A stretch of DNA of 32,000 bases from Promethearchaeum syntrophicum (GTDB taxonomy: Archaea; Asgardarchaeota; Lokiarchaeia; Sigyniarchaeales; Promethearchaeaceae). Every line of letters begins with the position of its first letter. The stretch's first letter is position 1. Both the position numbers and the translations under genes were made by a program. The stretch spans positions 3,750,001 through 3,782,000 of the forward strand of contig NZ_CP042905.2 of NCBI RefSeq assembly GCF_008000775.2. The letters run 5' to 3'. The notes under the pieces are model-generated. The model was not told the origin of the DNA. It saw only the letters and a program-made list of their open reading frames with translations, and ran no database searches. This document shows positions 27,938 through 32,000 of this stretch, one piece after another.

Positions 27938-28240
27938 ATGGAAATAACTACCGAAGCGAAATCATTTATAACAGAACAGTTTCAAGAAATTGAAAATCCA
28001 GTTTTGGTTGTATTTGAAAGAGTGTATCGAGGATGATGTGGGGTAGAGAGAGTTACCAGTGTAGTACCAGCGGATCTCAGCCAAATTCCTGATAAAGATC
28101 CCTTTACCCAAAAAACAATGGAGAACTTTCAATACCCACTATACCTTCAAAAAGAATTAGAACATCTATGGGGCAGCAAAACAAAAATTGATGTCGCTGG
28201 ATGGTCTGCATTTAGAAGATTAGTAATTATCCAAGGTTAA
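27938..28240 (+). CDS. Putative HesB/IscA-like selenoprotein with UGA (Sec) at codon 33 (28034-28036), 100 aa
   Basis: MEITTEAKSFITEQFQEIENPVLVVFERVYRG[U]CGVERVTSVVPADLSQIPDKDPFTQKTMENFQYPLYLQKELEHLWGSKTKIDVAGWSAFRRLVIIQG*. Single in-frame TGA directly before Cys; HesB-like features on both sides of it; SECIS-like hairpin follows the TAA. Confidence 0.75.
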
Positions 28241-28249
28241 AATTTCATA

Positions 28250-28290
28250 CGAATGAAGCAAATCTATAAACTTTGATGATTTGCAGACAC
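28250..28290 (+). promoter_or_regulatory. Candidate SECIS element in the 3' UTR of the putative selenoprotein
   Basis: ATGA (28253-28256), perfect 7-bp stem GCAAATC (28258-28264)/GATTTGC (28278-28284), 13-nt loop TATAAACTTTGAT with unpaired AAA about 12 nt after the ATGA, then AGA (28285-28287). Confidence 0.5.
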
Positions 28291-28334
28291 CCAAAGCAAT
28301 TGGGATTGAGATTCATTTTTTAGCATATTTTTTA

Positions 28335-29204
28335 TTATAATTTTACTATTTTATCCATCGAACCGCTTGAAAACCCAGATAAATCTATTGTGACAAAGGC
28401 AAAGCCCATTTTTTTTAAATTGGAATTTACATCCTCTCTAATTCCTCTATTATTTATTAATTCAATTAACCTTGCATCCGATTCAATACGAGCGAGTAAT
28501 AAATCTGATGGTAAAAGCTTATGAATTCGAACTCTTAAAGGAACTGTGGTGTTTTTAATTAATGTTCTGAGAAAAATTTCCGCTTTATCAATTTTATTAA
28601 GCAGATCTACAGTTATTTCCGTATTATAAGGAATTCTTGATGCTAAACATGCTTGAGAAGATATATTTCGGGAGGGTAATGATAAGATTTGAGTAAGGGT
28701 AATAATATCAGATTTAGTAAATTTCCCTTCTGCTAAAGGAGATTGAACATTACTCTCTTTTAAGGCCAATAAACCAGGTCTATGAAGCCCTAGATCCGAA
28801 AAATTAGTGCCATCAATAACTAAATCATGTCCATCATGTTTTGCAATTTCGATCAATATGTCTAAAATTCTTTTTTTGCAATGATAACATCGATTTGGTA
28901 AATTCTCACGAATTTCCCTTATTTGGAGACTATTTAGAGTATATATTGTTATTGGGATATTGAGGAGTGTGGAAAATTGTTTCGCTTGATTAATTTCTTG
29001 CGTAGGAGTTAAGGGGGAGTAAATGAAAACTCCTTTCACTTCCTTGCCAAATTTTTTAGCAAAAAATAATACAAGAGTAGAATCAATTCCGCCTGAAAAT
29101 GCAACAAGAATCTTCTTTCCACTGAAAAAACTTTTTACAATTCGAATTTTTTCTTTCAGGATTTCTGGGATATCTTCTCTACTTAAAATTGTCATTACAA
29201 CCAA
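28335..29204 (-). CDS. LarE-like ATP-dependent sulfurtransferase (PP-loop); likely true start is the ATG 9 nt inside the track ORF
   Basis: ILVAFSGGIDSTLVL PP-loop, NRCYHCKKRIL, DGTNFSDLGLHRPGLLAL, SSQACLASRIPYNTEIT. Confidence 0.9.
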   Translation of the reverse strand: MVVMTILSREDIPEILKEKIRIVKSFFSGKKILVAFSGGIDSTLVLFFAKKFGKEVKGVFIYSPLTPTQEINQAKQFSTLLNIPITIYTLNSLQIREIRENLPNRCYHCKKRILDILIEIAKHDGHDLVIDGTNFSDLGLHRPGLLALKESNVQSPLAEGKFTKSDIITLTQILSLPSRNISSQACLASRIPYNTEITVDLLNKIDKAEIFLRTLIKNTTVPLRVRIHKLLPSDLLLARIESDARLIELINNRGIREDVNSNLKKMGFAFVTIDLSGFSSGSMDKIVKL

Positions 29205-29345
29205 CTATTCATATCGTGGGGGGTAATAATCCACAGGTTCGAAATTCTTAATTCCAGCTTCACAGATCTCACATTTATCAGGAGGGAGTTCAGTTTTTTC
29301 TTTCGATGTCCAACCACATTTTTCACAACGCCATAAACATTTCAT
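29205..29345 (-). CDS. Small (46 aa) rubredoxin/zinc-ribbon-like protein
   Basis: My translation: MKCLWRCEKCGWTSKEKTELPPDKCEICEAGIKNFEPVDYYPPRYE*; Cys-x2-Cys twice (CEKC, CEIC). Not in the ORF track because of size. Confidence 0.7.
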   Translation of the reverse strand: MKCLWRCEKCGWTSKEKTELPPDKCEICEAGIKNFEPVDYYPPRYE

Positions 29346-29450
29346 TTTTTTAGATCACTATTTGAACAATAATGAATGAATAAATATAAAATCATAAAAT
29401 AAAATAAAACTAAGTTAAAAAAAAAAATGTTCAAAAAAATTACTTAAAAA

Positions 29451-30002
29451 TTAACTTCCGTTTAATAATACCTCTAAATCTTTTGTATTCAATGGACCAT
29501 CACCGCAAAAATAACCACAGCCAGAATCTTGATATTTTTCAATTTCAAAACTTAAAGGAACGACGTATTTTCTTAAAGAATCAATAATATAATTAACATG
29601 GATATCAACGATTGCCTTATCCTTTCTTAAGCACGAATCAATAAATTTTTCAATTGTAGTAACATTTGGAGCAATAATTTCTATTAACATGTTGAATTTC
29701 CCTGTAATTTTGAAACAATTTACAATATATGGACATTTTCTAAATTTCGTCCAAAGTGCTTCAACATTTTTTACGGATAAATCTATTCGGGCCAATTTTA
29801 TATCCAATTTATTAAATTCTGCTCCAATCACTTCAGATAAAAGAAATTTTCGTTTCAATTTTATTATTCGTGCTCCCACTGCGGGTTGACTTTTATTAAC
29901 TTTTTCAGAAATTGCAGAATGGGTCATTTCGGGGTTTTTTTCTAATAATTCTATAATCTTTTTATCTGTATCATCAATTTCGAGTATCTCATTGTATTTC
30001 AT
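29451..30002 (-). CDS. Lrp/AsnC family transcriptional regulator with C-terminal Cys-containing extension
   Basis: LEIDDTDKKIIELLEKNPEMTHSAISEKVNKSQPAVGARIIKLKRK wHTH; C-terminal SGCGYFCGDGP. Confidence 0.88.
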   Translation of the reverse strand: MKYNEILEIDDTDKKIIELLEKNPEMTHSAISEKVNKSQPAVGARIIKLKRKFLLSEVIGAEFNKLDIKLARIDLSVKNVEALWTKFRKCPYIVNCFKITGKFNMLIEIIAPNVTTIEKFIDSCLRKDKAIVDIHVNYIIDSLRKYVVPLSFEIEKYQDSGCGYFCGDGPLNTKDLEVLLNGS

Positions 30003-30262
30003 GGTGTCTCATTTTTGTTTGTTTTTTGGCATATTAGTATGTTACGAATTTTGTTCATATTAATTTGGTTGAAATATTAGTTGGAAATATAACATATTTT
30101 TTGTTTCCATTTACTATGATCATAAAAAAATTCAATACATTTAATCCTTAGGGCTTAATTCCAATAGTTTTATTGAATAAAAGCTTAATATCGAAAATGT
30201 TTTCCCTTAGAAATTTTAAAGAAAATAATATAGATCCATTTTAGAGAAAAAATGATAATTAA

Positions 30263-30826
30263 TTAACTGATAGATTTTATTTTAATTTTTTTCGCATCAG
30301 CTTTTTCGCAATAGGGGCAAGATACAATTCCACATAATTCATCAGGACTATCAAAATTCTCTATTGTAAAATCAACCGGAAGTATAAATGGCTCAGCAAA
30401 ATCTGTGATTAAATCCATTTTAATTTTTTTAACGAATTCTTTATTTCTAAAATGCTTATCTAAAATAATATCTAATCTTTTAAGGGATGAACAAGCCATG
30501 AAAATCATCACATTATAATCCCCACTTAATTTTAGGGCATTAATTATGTATGGACAAGAATCAACCATGTCAAATACGAATTGAGGTTGTGTTATTGACA
30601 ATTCTATTTTGACTAAATTGAGCGAGGATGATACAAGATCTTTGGAAAAATCAACTCCAATCTGAGTAGCTAGAACCCCTTTTTCAGATAATTTTTTTAT
30701 TCGAGCTCCAATTGCTGGTTGAGATCTTTCCAAGTTTTTTGCTATTTGGCTATGGGTAATAGATGGATTCTTTTGAAGAGTTTCGATTATTCTTTTATCT
30801 ATATCATCAAGTTTTGTTAATTTCAT
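30263..30826 (-). CDS. Lrp/AsnC family transcriptional regulator (paralog) with C-terminal Cys cluster
   Basis: LDDIDKRIIETLQKNPSITHSQIAKNLERSQPAIGARIKKLSEKG; C-terminal DELCGIVSCPYCEKADAKK. Confidence 0.88.
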   Translation of the reverse strand: MKLTKLDDIDKRIIETLQKNPSITHSQIAKNLERSQPAIGARIKKLSEKGVLATQIGVDFSKDLVSSSLNLVKIELSITQPQFVFDMVDSCPYIINALKLSGDYNVMIFMACSSLKRLDIILDKHFRNKEFVKKIKMDLITDFAEPFILPVDFTIENFDSPDELCGIVSCPYCEKADAKKIKIKSIS

Positions 30827-30875
30827 TTAATCACTTTTAATTTACCTTTTTAGAATTTAACGAAAAAGGATTTAT

Positions 30876-31544
30876 CTATAATTTTTTATCTTGAATTTCT
30901 GATATTTCTTTGGATTTCTTCATTAGTAATTCGGTTAATCCTTGAAATGATTCTTCTACATTTTCTCCTGTTTTAGCAGAAAGTTCTGTATGATTAGTTA
31001 ATAAAAATTCATCCGCTTTTTGAGAAGCTTCTTCAAAACTAATTTGACGATGATCTACCAAATCTTTTTTACTACCGATTAGGAAAATTGGAATATTTCC
31101 GGCATTTTTTCTGATGATTTGGATCCAAACTGATAGACTTTCAAGGGTCTTATGAGAGGTTATATCGTATAGAAAGAATGCAGCATTGCTTCCTTTACTA
31201 TAAGTTGGTAAAAGAAATCTGAAGCGTTCTTCGCCTCCAAAATCCCATATTTGTATCTTAACTGATTTATTATTATCTAATCTAATCTTTTTTGAGAAGA
31301 AATCGACACCTATTGTTAATCTTGGTGAGTCTACAAACACGCCAGTAATATATCTATGTGTCAGTGAAGTTTTCCCAACACTTGCATCCCCTAGCATTAA
31401 TAATTTAAATGTAAAATCTGGTGACATTGTTCTCAAATTTTTGTTTATGTTATTAGATTGTAGAATTAATGTTAAATAATCATTGATCGTTATTAAAAAT
31501 TTTATAGCTTTTTTTGAAGATCGAGAGTGAGATTGCAATATCAT
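30876..31544 (-). CDS. Ras/Rab-superfamily small GTPase (true start probably the internal MSPDFTFKLLMLGD)
   Basis: P-loop LLMLGDASVGKTSL, G2 TIGVDF, G3 WDFGGEER, G4 IGSKKD, G5 SAKTG. Confidence 0.92.
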   Translation of the reverse strand: MILQSHSRSSKKAIKFLITINDYLTLILQSNNINKNLRTMSPDFTFKLLMLGDASVGKTSLTHRYITGVFVDSPRLTIGVDFFSKKIRLDNNKSVKIQIWDFGGEERFRFLLPTYSKGSNAAFFLYDITSHKTLESLSVWIQIIRKNAGNIPIFLIGSKKDLVDHRQISFEEASQKADEFLLTNHTELSAKTGENVEESFQGLTELLMKKSKEISEIQDKKL

Positions 31545-31632
31545 CGTAAGAATAATTTCTACCTCAATGCAAAACTATAACAACTCTCGATCGCGTTTTA
31601 AAATGATTTTTCCCATATATTTGATTAGTATT

Positions 31633-32000
31633 TCAAAATAAATTGTCCAATTTTTCATGGCGTTTGGTTAAAAAAGTCCCAAAATATGATTTAAATGGCA
31701 AAGAAATTTCAATATTTCCGGAAATTTTATTTTTTTTCAGTGATGTATTCATTTTTCTTTCAAGAGATGACAAATGTTTTATCTTAAATTGGGATTCTAG
31801 TTGGTTAGTTATTAATTCAATTTCTGTATCTGGCAAATGCGCTCGTATATGTGCTTCTATTTGGGGTAATGGAATTGTACACTGAGGATTTATATGAGAA
31901 ATTGGAAACAAAATATTTGCGATTAAATTAATTCTCTTCTTTACATAATTAGAATCTACATTAGATAAAAATTCAAATCTCACAGGGACATCATAGGGAG
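31633..32000 (-). CDS. Hypothetical protein, probably partial; N-terminus may extend beyond the right edge
   Basis: The frame remains open upstream of the GTG at 31983 to the window edge (PYDVPVRFEF...). No recognised family. Confidence 0.5.
   Translation of the reverse strand, partial: PYDVPVRFEFLSNVDSNYVKKRINLIANILFPISHINPQCTIPLPQIEAHIRAHLPDTEIELITNQLESQFKIKHLSSLERKMNTSLKKNKISGNIEISLPFKSYFGTFLTKRHEKLDNLF

Noticed and set aside
29023-29889. Plus ORFs 29023-29226 and 29689-29889
   Set aside because: Antisense to the LarE-like and Lrp-like genes.
31643-31885. Plus ORF 80 aa near the right edge
   Set aside because: Antisense to the longer minus ORF; neither is strongly supported, but the minus frame is open to the edge.

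Overview
AT-rich archaeal window, most likely Asgard (Lokiarchaeia-like). That assignment is inferred from a Rab/Ras-type small GTPase, archaeal wHTH/Lrp regulators and an archaeal-style tRNA, and is not proven. Contents from left to right: (1) a giant secreted S8 (subtilisin-like) protease running off the left edge, with PPC, FN3 and concanavalin/MAM-like repeats and a recent ABAB duplication of FN3 units; (2) an FMN reductase and a PLP aminotransferase; (3) a tandem array of three diverged Hsp20-like proteins; (4) a histidine-degradation locus (regulator, hutU <-> hutH, hutI) followed by formate-THF ligase; (5) a group-B-like [FeFe] hydrogenase with a small thioredoxin-fold [2Fe-2S] protein; (6) a TnpB (IS200/IS605-IS1341 type) element whose ORF carries an in-frame TAA; (7) tRNA-Trp(CCA); (8) a methyltransferase; (9) a polar amino-acid ABC transporter; (10) a HesB/IscA-like 100-codon ORF interrupted by one in-frame TGA immediately before a Cys codon and followed by a SECIS-like hairpin. 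I read this last item as a probable selenoprotein missed by the ORF track. Then come (11) a three-Cys LarE-like sulfurtransferase with a tiny zinc-ribbon gene, (12) two Lrp/AsnC paralogs with Cys-rich C-termini, and (13) the small GTPase. The strongest lead is the selenoprotein and its candidate eukaryote-like SECIS at 27938-28290.
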